A stretch of DNA of 64,000 nucleotides from Octopus vulgaris (GCA_951406725.2 OX597817.1:146816001-146880000); one strand, 5' to 3'. Positions 1 to 12,813 are shown, counted from the stretch's first letter. Program-made: numbers and translations. The notes: generated from the sequence alone by a model not told the origin.

Positions 1-150
1 TATATATGACATCGTGCCTAATAATCATTTACATAGGTCCCACTAACCTCAAAACAACTTGTCAGATATATAAAGCCAAAAAGAACCCAGAGAAAGCACA
101 GTCTGATGAAGGTATTGAATCTAGAGCCCTGTGTTTGTGAAACGGTCGTC
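1..150 (+). mobile_element. Penelope-like pLTR relic with hammerhead-like motif (copy 1 of a local direct repeat)
   Basis: CTGATGA at 103-109 and GAAAC-GGTC-GTC at 139-150; 1-113 is repeated at 1433-1548. Stems I and II are poor. Confidence 0.45.
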
Positions 151-566
151 ACCATCAACCGTAAAACACTCTGTCACAGATGGTGATATTTTCTAAGTTG
201 AGAAACATTGATATGATATAATGGAGTTTTCCTTAAAATTTAGTGTTTCTTTGAGAATTTAAGATTAGTTTCAGGTGTTATTTATAGGTGTACATTTATT
301 TATATTGAAAATGTTGATGTTTGGAGCTCTTTCACGGACTGACGTTGAACAAAAAGTATATGAGAGGATGGGCGGAAATGCCAAAAATAAAACATTTTCC
401 ACAATAACAGTAAACCTCATACATACATATATAGTGCAGAAATATATACATAGTACATACATATATAAACACAAATATATACAGACTCTCGCGTATATAA
501 TTATATTCCATAACGCACAATAATACACATAGACACATTGAAATACACACCCATGTATACCCCGTG

Positions 567-598
<32 letters not shown>

Positions 599-774
599 AA
601 ATACATATATATGTGTATGTATTTAATTTTATTCACCAAAAAACAGATAAAAAACATATTTTTTAATTATATTATATTATTTTAATTATATTTCTTTAAT
701 TCTCTTTTATTAAATTATCATCGTATTCTTGTTATACTTCTTTATATCATTATATCATTATTTCTGTAATTTTT

Positions 775-816
<42 letters not shown>

Positions 817-1099
817 AATTGAAAAGCAATAGTTTCTACAATTAATTTTTTTAGCAGTTTAAATAACGTCTGAAGCCGAGATTATCTTTAAAACAGTTCA
901 AAATCAATATAATATCTGGCCGATTCCCACGTAAGAATTTGAAATATGTAAATTTAATTAATTGATATATAACACTTTTTAAAAAGCTTCTCATATTTTC
1001 TATACAATGAAATTCCAGCGATTCCCTATATGTGTCCAACAATGGCCACCACATTTATTGTCTGTGTTTTCAATCTGGAATGTTAGTTGAAAAGAAATT

Positions 1100-1250
1100 T
1101 ATGTTACTAAAGAAGTTCACTTCGTAGCTACAATGCCTCAGGTTTAATTCCGTAGCTGACACCATAGGCAAGTGTCTTCCATAGCACCGAGCCGACCAAT
1201 ACTTTGCGAGTTTATTTTGTATAGAGAAAAATGTATGGAAGTCCGTCGTA
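1100..1250 (+). mobile_element. Degraded SINE family A 5' half
   Basis: ggcaagtgtcttccatagcaccgagccgaccaa...gaagtccgtcgta matches family A internal sequence and runs into (TATG)n. Confidence 0.55.
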
Positions 1251-1422
1251 TGTATGTATGTATGTATGTATGTATGTATGTATGTATGTATGTATGTATG
1301 TATGTATGTATGTATGTATGTATGTATGTATGTACGTACGTATGTATGTATATATGCATGTATGTATGTATGTATGTATGTATGTATGTATGTATGTATG
1401 TATGTATGTATATATATATATA
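1248..1422. repeat. (TATG)n microsatellite
   Basis: Directly visible; source of the MYVC/YIHT ORFs. Confidence 0.97.
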
Positions 1423-1432
1423 TGTTCATACA

Positions 1433-1562
1433 TATATATGACATCGTGCCTAATAATCATTTACATAGGTCCCACTAACCTCAAAAAAACTCGTCAAATA
1501 TTATATAAAGCCAAAAAGAACCCAGGGAAAGCACAGTCTGATGAAGGTGAGCAAGCCGAAAC
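1433..1562 (+). mobile_element. Penelope-like pLTR relic with hammerhead-like motif (copy 2)
   Basis: Near-identical to 1-113; CTGATGA-A-GG tgagcaag CC-GAAAC at 1538-1562, with no NUH/stem III after it. Confidence 0.45.
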
Positions 1563-1695
1563 TTCCAAAGAATTCCCGAAGAAGGGGTCCTAACGTTGAA
1601 TTATTGAAATAACAAGTAAAACCATCGATCTGTATTTTTGTTATAACTTGCATTTTTTCGGTTCAAAAACTAATAATTAAAAGATTAAAAACATA

Positions 1696-1765
<70 letters not shown>

Positions 1766-1779
1766 CACACAGCGTTACT

Positions 1780-1821
<42 letters not shown>

Positions 1822-2010
1822 TACATATATAAGAGGTTTTTGCATAAGATAAGAAACCAAAGCTGTGTAGATATTAGAGCATTTATAGATAGAAGGTCTT
1901 ACAGCTGTTTCTAGGATAAATCCTTAAAATCCTTAAAAATGTTTTAGCCCGAAGGCCGCGGCCATGCTGGGGCACCACCGCTGGATATTTATTAATTATA
2001 TCGGTTGAGA

Positions 2011-2045
<35 letters not shown>

Positions 2046-2385
2046 TATATCAAAGTTTCAAAGATGTATATATAGGTACTATAACATTCATGTCTTTGAC
2101 CAAAGTGTATTAGAAGCGCAAGTGAATCGAAACCTTGTCACAGACTCCAACTTCAGTGACCTTACAGTATAGCGCTTGCCCCCATTCTTTTTCTTGTTTA
2201 TTAACAAATACGGGCCAATGTGAAGAGTGGTAACATTAATTTTTGTTCAGATGCAATAGTACTCCGTGATAATAGCGACGGAGAAACACGACGTTACAGC
2301 TTGAATGCCCTTCCCAAGGGAACTTGCTGCACAAGGAGAAATGAGGGAACTTTAAGTAAGAATCGAAACTGGATGGTTAGCTCAG

Positions 2386-2870
2386 TTAATAAGGTTCAAA
2401 CAGATCGGTCGATAGCATTTGCTCCCAATTAACCCCCATCATGATTGTAAAATGGATGCGATCGTGTTGGAAGTACGTTTTCTTCAAACCTAGCAACATT
2501 TTAATCAAAATTTCTATGTGCTGACAACAATCTCCTCCCCCAGCTCGCTTCCTCTGACTTATAACCACTGACTGGAAATGTATTCAATGTAATCACAAGG
2601 CGAAATGAAACAACGATGAAATAAATTAAGTCAATGTTCTGGAATAAGTCTGTACAATCTTGAAATGTAGAAATGTCGCTAGCTGCAACAGAATCTTTTC
2701 TAGCTGGTGACTAAGCGAATCGGCAACCAGCACGACGTTTACTTAAAGATCGTTTTGTGTTAACCGAATTTGTTAAGTTGCCAGTTCATCCAAACATTCT
2801 TTGATCTCCTGACATATCTTGTGATCAAAAAGGGGAACAACTTACGATGCTTCACTGATTAGCACTTGGT
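2386..2870 (-). pseudogene. Highly degraded Penelope-like reverse transcriptase relic
   Basis: Minus-strand peptides STFQDCTDLFQNIDL and KTYFQHD..MMGVNWEQMLSTDLF occur in the order expected for PLE RT motifs (TFDFxxLYTxI; YF..GxxMGxNxAPxLADLF); broken by stops and frameshifts. Confidence 0.4.
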
Positions 2871-3336
2871 CATTTTCTAATATAAAGCTCTGACAAATTT
2901 AGAAACGGAATATGTGTGTATGCATGTATGCATGCCTGCATGTATGTATGTATGTATGTATGTATGTATGTATGTATGTATGTATGTATGTATGAATACG
3001 TTTGCGAATATGTGATATGCGTAAATCTATGTATGTGTGTATATATATGTATGTATGTATGCATATATAGGTATGTATATATGTATATACATATATACAT
3101 GTATATATATATGTACGTATATACATGTATATGTGTGTGTGTGTTTATATACATATATATGTGTTTATGTGAACGCATATATTTGTAAATAAATATACAA
3201 AACACAAATCCATATAAATTTACATGTAGATTTCTATAATTATTTCACCATCTCTTCATACGCGTATATGCATATATATGTATGTGTATATATGTGCATA
3301 TATATATATATGTATGTATACATACATGCATATACA

Positions 3337-3408
<72 letters not shown>

Positions 3409-3878
3409 AAAATAGCCCATAATTCCTTTTCGTAGTGTATTTAAAGGTCCATTCTTCTAGCTTTTGTACTTCACGAAAACACAAATTCCTATCAACGACT
3501 ACATGCTGTGCTGTTGCGAATTTCCACTGATTAAATATCTCGCTTAGATGAACTAAGGTTGTACTGCCAAAGTTCAAGTGCATATACATACAAACATACG
3601 TACATACATATACAAACATACGTACATACATAGCTTTTCCAGGCTGTGAATTACTTCCAATCACAGCGCGCCATTATCTGAATGACCGTTCATACACACG
3701 GTGCGCGAAATTCAGCTGCTTCCTCATGAGACAGGTTAATTCACAACCGAAACTAGAACCCGAGAATTGGATAGTTCCAACACAATTTGTATCTTAGTCA
3801 TTCTTTTATAATTATATTACTCATTATATAGCGTTTTTTTCTTATATATTACACTTATGTATGTATATTTTTTCTTAT

Positions 3879-4253
3879 TCTTTTACTTGTTTCAGTCATT
3901 TGATTGCGGCCATGCTGGAACACCGGCTTTAGTTGAACAAATCGATCCCAGGACTTATTCTATGTAAGCCTAGTACTTATTCCATCGGTTCCTTTTGCCG
4001 AACCGCTAAGTTACGGAGCCGTAAACACACCAACATCGGTTGTCAAGTGATGGTGTGGGTGGATACAAACACAGAAAAAACACAGCTATATATACAACGC
4101 GCTTCTTTCAGTTTCCATCTACCAAATCCACTCATAAGGCTTTAGTTGGCCCGAGGCTATATAGTAGAAAACACTTGCTCAAGGTGCCATACAGTAGGAC
4201 TGAAACCGGAACCATGTGGTTGAAAAGCAAGCTCCTTACCACACAGCCACTCC
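3879..4253 (-). mobile_element. SINE family A (tRNA-derived head, internal microsatellite, CR1-like tail)
   Basis: Sense head ggagtggctgtgtggtaag...catggttccggtttcagtcc; tail ccagcatggccgca...tgactgaaacaagtaaaaga. Confidence 0.9.
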
Positions 4254-4299
4254 ATATATTTATGGTCTCCCCACACAAACATTTCAAGAGAGCATTCGC

Positions 4300-5050
4300 T
4301 AAAAAAATTTCAGAGGGCATTCACTAAAAACAGTAAGAGCATGACTGATCTTCATGATTGGGACCGCTTTAAGCATTGAAACTCTATTCTCTCCAGCTCC
4401 GACCTCAGCGATACATTATTTACACAATGCTACAGGACCAGGAACAGAGACACAATACTTCTGCTCTGGAGAACCTTTGTCTTTAGTCATCTGGATTACT
4501 GCTCCTAACTGTGGTCACCACAAAGCGTAAAACTAATTGCGGAATTAAAGTCAATCCAACGCCACTACACAAAGAAGATAGACTCAGTAAAACACATGGG
4601 CTACTGAGAGAGAGTTATGGAACTGAGACTCTATTTCCTGGAGAGGAGACATGAGGGATATGCAGTGCTATACATATGGAAAATAATGGAGGGGTTAGCT
4701 CCAAATTTCGGAATCGAAATTTACAACAATCCCCGAACTGAACGGCACTGCACAGTACCAAAAGTTACATCTTTTCTACCGACGATGCGAACCTTGGGAT
4801 TCAAAGGATCACAATTTTTTAATGCCTTACCACAGAACATCAGGGTTCTGCGAGGTGTAGACATGGATTCTTCAAAACACGTTAAGACAGTCTTTTATCT
4901 ACAATACTGGATCAACCCATATCGCAGCAGGCGGCACAAAGAAGAGCGGCAACGTCTAACTCGCTACTTCACCAGAAGCAATACTGGAAAAATCCCCGGA
5001 TACAGTAAAGGCGGTGCACCAGCATGGCCTCAGCCTCTGGCTGAAACCCG
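4300..5050 (+). pseudogene. CR1-like LINE 3' fragments (ORF2 C-terminus plus 3' tail); two overlapping-homology pieces in tandem
   Basis: ORF 4617-5060 ELRLYFLERRHEGYAVLYIWKIMEGLAPNFG...GSQFFNALPQNIR is typical CR1-group ORF2 C-terminus; 4309-4415 gives a second QRAFTK..WDR..KLYSLQ piece. Confidence 0.8.
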
Positions 5051-5075
5051 TACAACATAGAGGATAACAGCTATG

Positions 5076-5600
5076 CAGGGTGTCCCAAAAGTCACTGATG
5101 AGTTTCAATTTTTAATAACTTCCTTAACTTTATATATAAATGCATGAAAATTTGTTACAATATTAAGGATATAATGGAAATTAATCTGCAAAAGTCAAAT
5201 TTTACAACACCACTACATTACATATGAAAAATGGCATCTCTTAAATGGCAGCCATTTTCGGCTTCGCACGCCCGTGCTCTTTCCAAAACTAGCACCATAA
5301 CACCCTCAAGAGTTTCAGATCAGATCCCATTTCTCTGATTTCTCTTTGGATGTTCTCTTTCAGTTGCACCAGGGTCTCCGGTTGCTGACGTAAACCCTCC
5401 CTTTCAGGTATCCTAATAAGAAAAGAAACGGGCTAGTCAAGTCTGGGGAACGTGAAGGCCAGTTGACATTGCCGTAGTGGGAGATTATTCTCCCTCCAAA
5501 GCACTGCCGTAGTAACTGCATTGTTTGTCTTGCGGTATGGGCAGTTGCTCCCATCTTGCTGGAACCATGTGTGAGGTCTACTATGAATGACCTTCACGTT
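5076..5600 (-). mobile_element. Tc1/mariner superfamily relic with DD41D (rosa/Visitor-type) spacing
   Basis: (QQD)GATAHTARQTMQLLRQCFGGRIISHYGNVNWPSRSPDLTSP gives 41 residues to the (lost) third Asp; TIR-like cagggtgtcccaaaagtc at 5076; frameshifted. Confidence 0.8.
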
Positions 5601-5952
5601 CGTAGAAATTTCTATTTCGATACACAGGCGCGCATTATTCCAATAAAGAAGACTTAGTTATGCTGTTCACTGAGCTGGCAAACATTTGCACAAACTTCTG
5701 GCGGTTAGTATTTCCAAAAAGCTCCTATACAAGCCTTCGTTACGGAAAATAAATCATCTGTGTGAGTAGACTAGTGGGGTATAACATTGGCTGTTGTACC
5801 GTCATACGTCGAAGCTGACGGGAGAAATCACTGTATGTATGTATGTATGTATGTATGTATGTATGTATGTATGTATGGTCCCTTTTGCTTTTACAGACGG
5901 TAGAAGAGAAATCAATACCTTATGTAGAGCGTGCTTGCGTGTGTGTCTCGCC

Positions 5953-6018
<66 letters not shown>

Positions 6019-6509
6019 TTATATATCAATATATACACTTATATTCAGACACCTACATCTCTCCCCATCTCTCTCTTTCTCTTTACACACGTACATATAC
6101 TTACATATATGTGTATGTGTGTATGTGTTTGTATGATTAGATGTACACACATCCATCCATACGTATAAATATATATACATAAACACACACATATTTGTAA
6201 ACGTAAATATTCACACACACACACACACACATACATACACACACACACACACCGCAATATCAAATATGATCTCTCCAGGTGTTAAATCGAGATACTTAAA
6301 CCTACTCAACTTTTATAATCAAACGCTTATAATTAAATTCCAGTTTTCTCAAAGTTTTTGCAAGTCATGATAGATTTTGGTGATTTTAAAAACTATGGTA
6401 ACTCTGTTGTATAAAAACACTCTGTCTCCTGCTGATGAAGGCCATGTACGTATACATTATTTCATATACACCTTTCTGCTGGAAACAGATCCATCTCTAC
6501 AGAAGCTTA

Positions 6510-6645
6510 TATTCTTTTCTACTCTAGGCACAAGGCCTGAAATTTTTGGGGAGGGGCCCAGTTGATTAGATAGACCCCAGTGAGCAATTGGTACTTAATT
6601 TATCGATCTCGAAAGGATGAAAGGCAAAGTCGACATCGGCAGAAT
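6510..6645 (-). mobile_element. SINE family B 3' part with tail type C
   Basis: Core gtcgactttgcctttcatcctttcg plus tail ggccttgtgcctagagtagaaaagaata. Confidence 0.85.
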
Positions 6646-6914
6646 AACAGAAGCTTATATATGATATCTATTTTTATTGAAATATTTATTGTACTCTGAT
6701 ATATTTTCCATGTGTCATTCTCTGTTAGCTATTTAAAAAAAATTATATGTTACCATTTTAAAAACTGAAAGGTTTTCATTCATTAAGCCAATTGCTAATC
6801 TTTTGCTCAATGATATACACGCGCACGCATGCAGGGACATAAACACACCATGACCGATTCTCAAGCAGCAGTAGGGGACTAATACAGACACAAAAACATA
6901 CACATAAATATATT

Positions 6915-7035
6915 TAATTCTCTGAAGAGGCCGTATCCTTGTTAATGCCTCATTTATACCTGCCTTTATGGCTTATAGGTTAAATGAGGTATGACTGCCC
7001 TTGCTGCCGAAACAGCTGTCAGATATGATTTAATT
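6915..7035 (+). ncRNA. Type I hammerhead ribozyme, Penelope-type, intact core
   Basis: tct-CTGAAGA(6922-6928)-GGC...GCC-GAAAC(7009-7013)-AGCT-GTC(7018-7020)-aga; palindromic stem III ACAGCTGT; long hairpin in stem II (gcctcatttatacct / aggttaaatgaggt). Confidence 0.8.
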
Positions 7036-7209
7036 ACATATTATATTTGAAATTTTATACTTATAATCTCTTTGTCTATTTACATTTACTGTATATTTTG
7101 TATAATGCCTTTACTGATATGTAATGGTGTAATAAAGTATTGATTGGGTATCATCTGATAGTTGATGTTTTATTGATTTAAGTATGTTTCTCCATTTTCT
7201 AATTTTGTA

Positions 7210-7297
<88 letters not shown>

Positions 7298-7298
<1 letters not shown>

Positions 7299-7457
7299 CG
7301 ACGGGTGTCTTTCAACTTCCGTCTACCAAATCCACTCACAAGGCTTTGGCCACATAGAGGCTATAGTAGGAGACACTTGCGCAAAGTGCCACGCTGTGGG
7401 ACTAAACATGGGAACATGTGGTTGTGAGGATAGCTTCTTACCGAAAAGCCACGCCTG
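7298..7457 (-). mobile_element. SINE family A 5' half
   Basis: ttccgtctaccaaatccactcacaaggctttgg...agccacgcctg. Confidence 0.85.
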
Positions 7458-8021
7458 TATAAATTTATGTACAACCCGCCCCACACATATTGAATTGTGT
7501 TCACTATAAAGTAACAAAGTCTTAAAGATACATGAAAAATAAAATGACCATTATCACAAAATAACAAATAAAAGAGTTATACATTATTCAAATACTAAAG
7601 AGACTTCCGAATCACTTTGTATGTCTATTTGTATGATATATCTGTTGGTCTGTCTGTATGAGTGTTGTATATGTTTCGTAGTATGCTTGTGCAATAAATA
7701 TTTGCCTGCATGGTTGCACGTGTAGTTATACTCCTACTGCTCTGTATGCCTGTATGTGCGTGTGATATATGAAAACCTGTCTGTAAGTATGTGAGATATA
7801 CTTCTGCTTCTATTTCTTTTTCTTTATCACACTGCTTATTTTTATTTTCTCATTCCTTTCTACCTTTCTGTACAAACCCTTCTCTCTTTCTGCCCTCTCT
7901 TTTCTATTTTCCTCTCTCGTATATGTTAACCATATTCTCAAATCATCTCTTATTATCACACTATTTCCTTACTCTTACTCTTAAAAATTTCCATCGGTTA
8001 TCTGAGAGAGAGAGAGAGAGA

Positions 8022-8199
8022 TAGGCGCAGGCGTGGCTCTGTGGTAAGAGGTTTGCTTCCCAACCACATGGTTCCGGGTTCAGTCCCACCGCATGGCACC
8101 TTGGGCAAGTGCCTTGTACTCTGGTCACGGGCCGACCAAAGTTTCGGGAGTGGATTCGGTAGACGGAAATTGAAAGTAGCCCGTCTCTCTCTCTCTCTG

Positions 8200-8257
<58 letters not shown>

Positions 8258-8478
8258 CATATATATATATTTATGTGTGTGTGTGTATGTGTGTGTGTAT
8301 GTGTGTTTGTCTCTGTTCCTCACCCTCGCCACTTCTTGACAACCGGCGTTGGTGCATTTACATCCCCATGACATTCGGCAAAAATGTACGATAGAATAAG
8401 TACCAGACTTAAAAAAAAAACAATGATTGCCCAAGCATGACCGCAGTCTAATGACTGAAACAAATGAACAAATAAAAG
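8022..8478 (+). mobile_element. SINE family A
   Basis: aggcgcaggcgtggctctgtggtaag...gggttcagtccc (B-box-like)...tgactgaaacaa, with internal (CT)/(CA)/(TG) tract. Confidence 0.9.
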
Positions 8479-8479
8479 A

Positions 8480-8616
8480 GATAGATTGATAGATAGGTAT
8501 ATATATATATATATATTTATATATACAGAGAGAGAGAGAGAGAGCGAGAAAGAGAGAGATAGAGAGGTATAAACATATTGATAGAGAGATAGATATAGAG
8601 ACTTATAGATTTAGAA

Positions 8617-8647
<31 letters not shown>

Positions 8648-8698
8648 TAGGGAGATAGAGATAGAGATTGATAGATAGAGATTGATAGATAGAGAGAC

Positions 8699-8737
<39 letters not shown>

Positions 8738-8893
8738 CAGATAGATAAAGATAGATAGATAGATGGATAGAAAGAGAGATATATGTAGAGAGAGAGACGC
8801 AAACCTGCAAATACGCACTCAAGCGTATACACAAAGAGACAGTCAAATAAACGACGCTCACACAAACGGAGACACACAAACACATATTATCAT

Positions 8894-8954
<61 letters not shown>

Positions 8955-8960
8955 TACACT
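8480..8960. repeat. Compound (TA)/(GA)/(GATA)/(CA) microsatellite
   Basis: Directly visible. Confidence 0.95.
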
Positions 8961-8974
8961 CAAACGCCTGTTCT

Positions 8975-9427
8975 ATCTTTTATCTTTTACTGGTTTTTGC
9001 TCTTAGACTGCGGCCATGCTGGGGCATCGCTTTCAAGAACTTTTTGATCGAATGAATAGAGTCCAAGTACTTATTTTTTTTCTTTTGTAAGCCTGGTACT
9101 TATTCTATCGGTCTCTTGTTGCCGAACCGCTAGGCTACAGGGATATAAACAAGCCAACACCAGTTGTTACACAGTAGTGGGGGACAAGCACACACACACG
9201 CGCACACACACACACGCGCACACACACACGCGCACACACACATACGCGCACACACACGCGCACACACACACACACATGCAACAGGCTTCTTTTCAGTTTC
9301 CGTCTTCCTAATCCACTCACAAGGCTTTGGTCGACCCGAGGCTATTGTTGAAGACACTTGCCTAAGGTGCCACGCTGAAGGACTGAACCCGGAACCATGT
9401 GGTTGGGAAGCAAGCCTCTCTCCACAC
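8975..9427 (-). mobile_element. SINE family A
   Basis: Reverse-complement match to the family A head, body and tail; internal (CA/CG) tract. Confidence 0.88.
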
Positions 9428-10448
9428 AAACACATGAAAGGTCACACGTACACATCTGCTCAAACGTCTGTCAAAATATTTCTCTCTAATTCTGTTCTGT
9501 TTCTTTCTCTCTCTCTCTTCAATTCTTCATCCATGTCTATCACTTCTCTCTTCCCCTCGTTCTCTCTCAATATCTTTTCATTAACTCTTCCTCTTCACTG
9601 GTTTCGATCTCTCTCACATACACACGCATACACACACACATACACACAAGCACGTACATATACACACTCTCCTCCACACATACACATACGCACTGTCCCT
9701 CTGCTTTTTTCATTCTCTTCCACCTTCTGCATCTCTTGTTCGCTTACATTCCAGCACCCAAACACACACACACACATACACACGCACACACACACACACA
9801 CACTGTGTACTACACCCACAATCTATATACACAGACACAACCATACTCATACACATATATACACTCTATGTTGAACATATACACAAGCTCACACACGCAA
9901 TAATTCGTACAAACATTTACATACACACACGCACACACACAGTCGTAATACATCCAGTTTTTCACAAGCCAAATACACACCCACACGCATATACCCCTTC
10001 ATGCCAACGCACCCATACTCACAAACAGAAACACATACGTACACACACATACATACCCTTCCACACTCATACATACGCATACACACACCGCCTCGCCAAC
10101 ATTGTAATAGAGATGAAATCGTATGAGGTTATCCTACGTGGAATTACGAATTAACTATTTCTACAGAGCAGCTGAATCAAATAGGAATTATTTGGAACTA
10201 TAATTTTGATTATAAATAAATGACTGAGATTAGTGGAATTTTTCGTTTTCTTTTCGTTCGTTTCTATAACTGATGGAAACGCTCAACATATTAAAAGTTT
10301 TGATGCAGACGACAAGACAGTGTTCAATGTTGAAGTAGGCAGCCATACTTCCCGCCACACGCTTTCGTCTCTGAACGTTGCTCTCTTTACACGAACTTAT
10401 AGACACATCCTAACAAACAAATATACAAATATAGACGCATACATACAT

Positions 10449-10497
<49 letters not shown>

Positions 10498-10689
10498 CGC
10501 TCATACACATACAGGCCTGAACAAACACATGCATAGAATCAATCACACACGCATATATACAGTTATTTATTGTATCTGTATGCATCTACAGAGTATTTCA
10601 GAGCTCTTGCGCATGCGTATGCGAAAATTAAAACCGTGTACGGTATATTAACAAATGTATATGCATATGTATGCACGTATATGTATATA

Positions 10690-10995
10690 TTGTTGTTTGT
10701 TCGTTCTCGAGACACGCCTGGCTCATAGGGCCGGTTTCCCGGTTTCCTTGGCGTATAGGTTGCCCACCTGTACGGGACGCCCGTCCGTCGCAGGTGATCT
10801 GCAAGATGCAGGAGGAAAGAGTGAGAGAAAGTTGTGACGAAAGAGTCAGCAAAAGTTCGCCATTACCTTCTGCCGGAGCCGCGAGGAACTTAGGTGTTTC
10901 GCTCATAAACTCACACATTGCTCGGTCTGAGATTCGAACCCGCGATCTCTCGACCGCGAGTCCGCTGCTCTAACCACTAGGCCATGTGCCTACAC
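10690..10995 (-). mobile_element. SINE family C (tRNA-like head)
   Basis: Sense tggcctagtggttagagcagcggactcgcggtcg...gggttcgaatctc (A and B boxes); tail ending aacaaacaacaa. Confidence 0.9.
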
Positions 10996-11469
10996 GCAAA
11001 TATATTCTTATACATATAGTTATACATATACATATATACAGACATGCACTTTCACACTTATTTGAAATTCGTCTCAATTCACTGATGTATGTTGTAAAAA
11101 ATAAAGTGAAATAAAAATAAAAAATAGGCCTTTGGTATATTTGGTGACACTGTTACATTACATATGGCAAACATATCAAGCTCTACATATTTCCAATACA
11201 TGGATGTTTTGAGCACTTCTGTGCTTTTGCATATCACCAAATAAATATCATAAAAACAGAAGCAAAGGAAATAATTTAGACTTTGTAGATGGCTTCCCCG
11301 TGTCATCCTTATATCACTCTTAAGGCCCACAAGTTAAATTTGCATTTGCTCTCCAACTCCAAATGCAGGTTAATCAGAACTTTTATAAATGAATTGGGAA
11401 CAGTTTTGCAAAAGTATTCTCGACGCAATTACCTTCAAAACTATGAGTGTCACGAGACCAGAACCATCG

Positions 11470-12812
11470 TTATTATGGTTTGAGAACGGCAAGCATAAGA
11501 ACATTATGAGTTTGTTTTAAAATTTGAGATTACATAGACAGTATTTTACGTAGAATATGGGTAGTTCCCATGAGCACTATCTTTCGAATTTCTGCCATTT
11601 TGGAGTTTCATGGTATCTGAGCTAGGCAGGAATCAACCCCTTTTGCCATCATTCCTATGGCACCTATGACAACGGGTATTGTTTTAGTCTTCAGGTTCCA
11701 AATTTTGCCAATTTCTATTTCAAGATCTTTATACTTGCGCAGTTTTTGGTAGGTCTTGACATACATTTATGTTGATTGGGGCACTCATATCAATGAGGAG
11801 GCATGGTTTTTGTCTGAAGTCTCTCAATATAATATCTGGCCTATTCGCATCTATCTTTCTGTCAGTTTGAACGGTGAAGTTCCAGAGGAGTGAGAGGTGA
11901 TCATTTTCAAGTACTGGAGGTGGTTTGTGTTCCCACCAGTATATTCACTAGTTAATTTGCAAAAACTTGCACCAACCCCATGATAAAAACTGTTGAGATA
12001 CTCTGTAGTCGCAAGAAGACTGCACTTGGAGACAACATGATCAATGGTTTCATTTTGTTGTTTACATACACGACATATTGGGCTACTGCTGTTCTTTAAT
12101 GTGTTAGCCTAGTAGGTTCTTAAAGAAAGCGTTGATTTTGGGCTGCTATGATAAACCCTTCTATTTCTGATTTTAAGCCAGAAGACACTAACCATTGATG
12201 GGTAAGCGCTTTGTCAACATCGGCATTATTAGCTCTCTTTAGGTATTTGCTATTGAGAGATTTTTTATTACCATCTATCTGTAAGAATATCTAAGGCAGC
12301 AGTTTTGGCACAGGTTTTCAAACGCTTAGATTTTTCTGTGCTTGTTTCTAGTACGTCTAATTTTGGGATTTGTTCTATTTGGAATTCACTTAGATATTCC
12401 TTTGCCGGTTTTGTTACTGAGTATGATGCTTTTTTGTTTTCATGCTTTAAGAGAAGTTTTAAGATCCAGTCATCAGAATTTTTCAGGTAGGTGTTTAAGC
12501 CAATTGCGGCAATCTTCATTGTTAATTCCAGTTGTAAAAGTCCACGGCCACCCTCTTTTCTTGGCAGGTGAAGTCGTTCTATATCTTTTTTTGGGTGGTG
12601 TATTCTATGCATTGTCAACAGTTTTCGTATTTTTCTGTCAAGATTACATATTTCAGTAATTGACCAGTTAATGATATTGAAACTGTAAGTCACGATCGGT
12701 ATGGCTAAAGTATTGATCGCTTCGATCCTGTTTCTTGCATTCAGCTCTGTCTTGAGTATTACCCTTACCCTGCGATAACATTCTCTCCTGATCCTTTGCC
12801 TTTTCATTGAAT
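11470..12812 (-). pseudogene. R4/Dong-clade non-LTR retrotransposon, 5'-truncated (post-RT region, Zn knuckle, RLE endonuclease)
   Basis: ORF 12268-12807 RRECYRRVRVILKTELNARNRIEAINTLAIP...LPRKEGGRGL; downstream CRVCK..ETIDHVVSKC, ANRPDII, KYKDLEIEI and KIVLMGTTHILRKILSM; several stops. Confidence 0.88.
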
Positions 12813-12813
12813 G

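Noticed and set aside
2251-2355. Possible + strand exon (ttttgttcag ... gtaag)
   Set aside because: Splice-like ends exist, but the peptide is unrecognisable and adjoins a probable PLE relic; it needs RNA-seq support.
3721-3756. ctcatgag..ggtt/aacc-gaaac hammerhead look-alike
   Set aside because: The core G5 is missing and there is no cleavage triplet or stem I; too weak to count.
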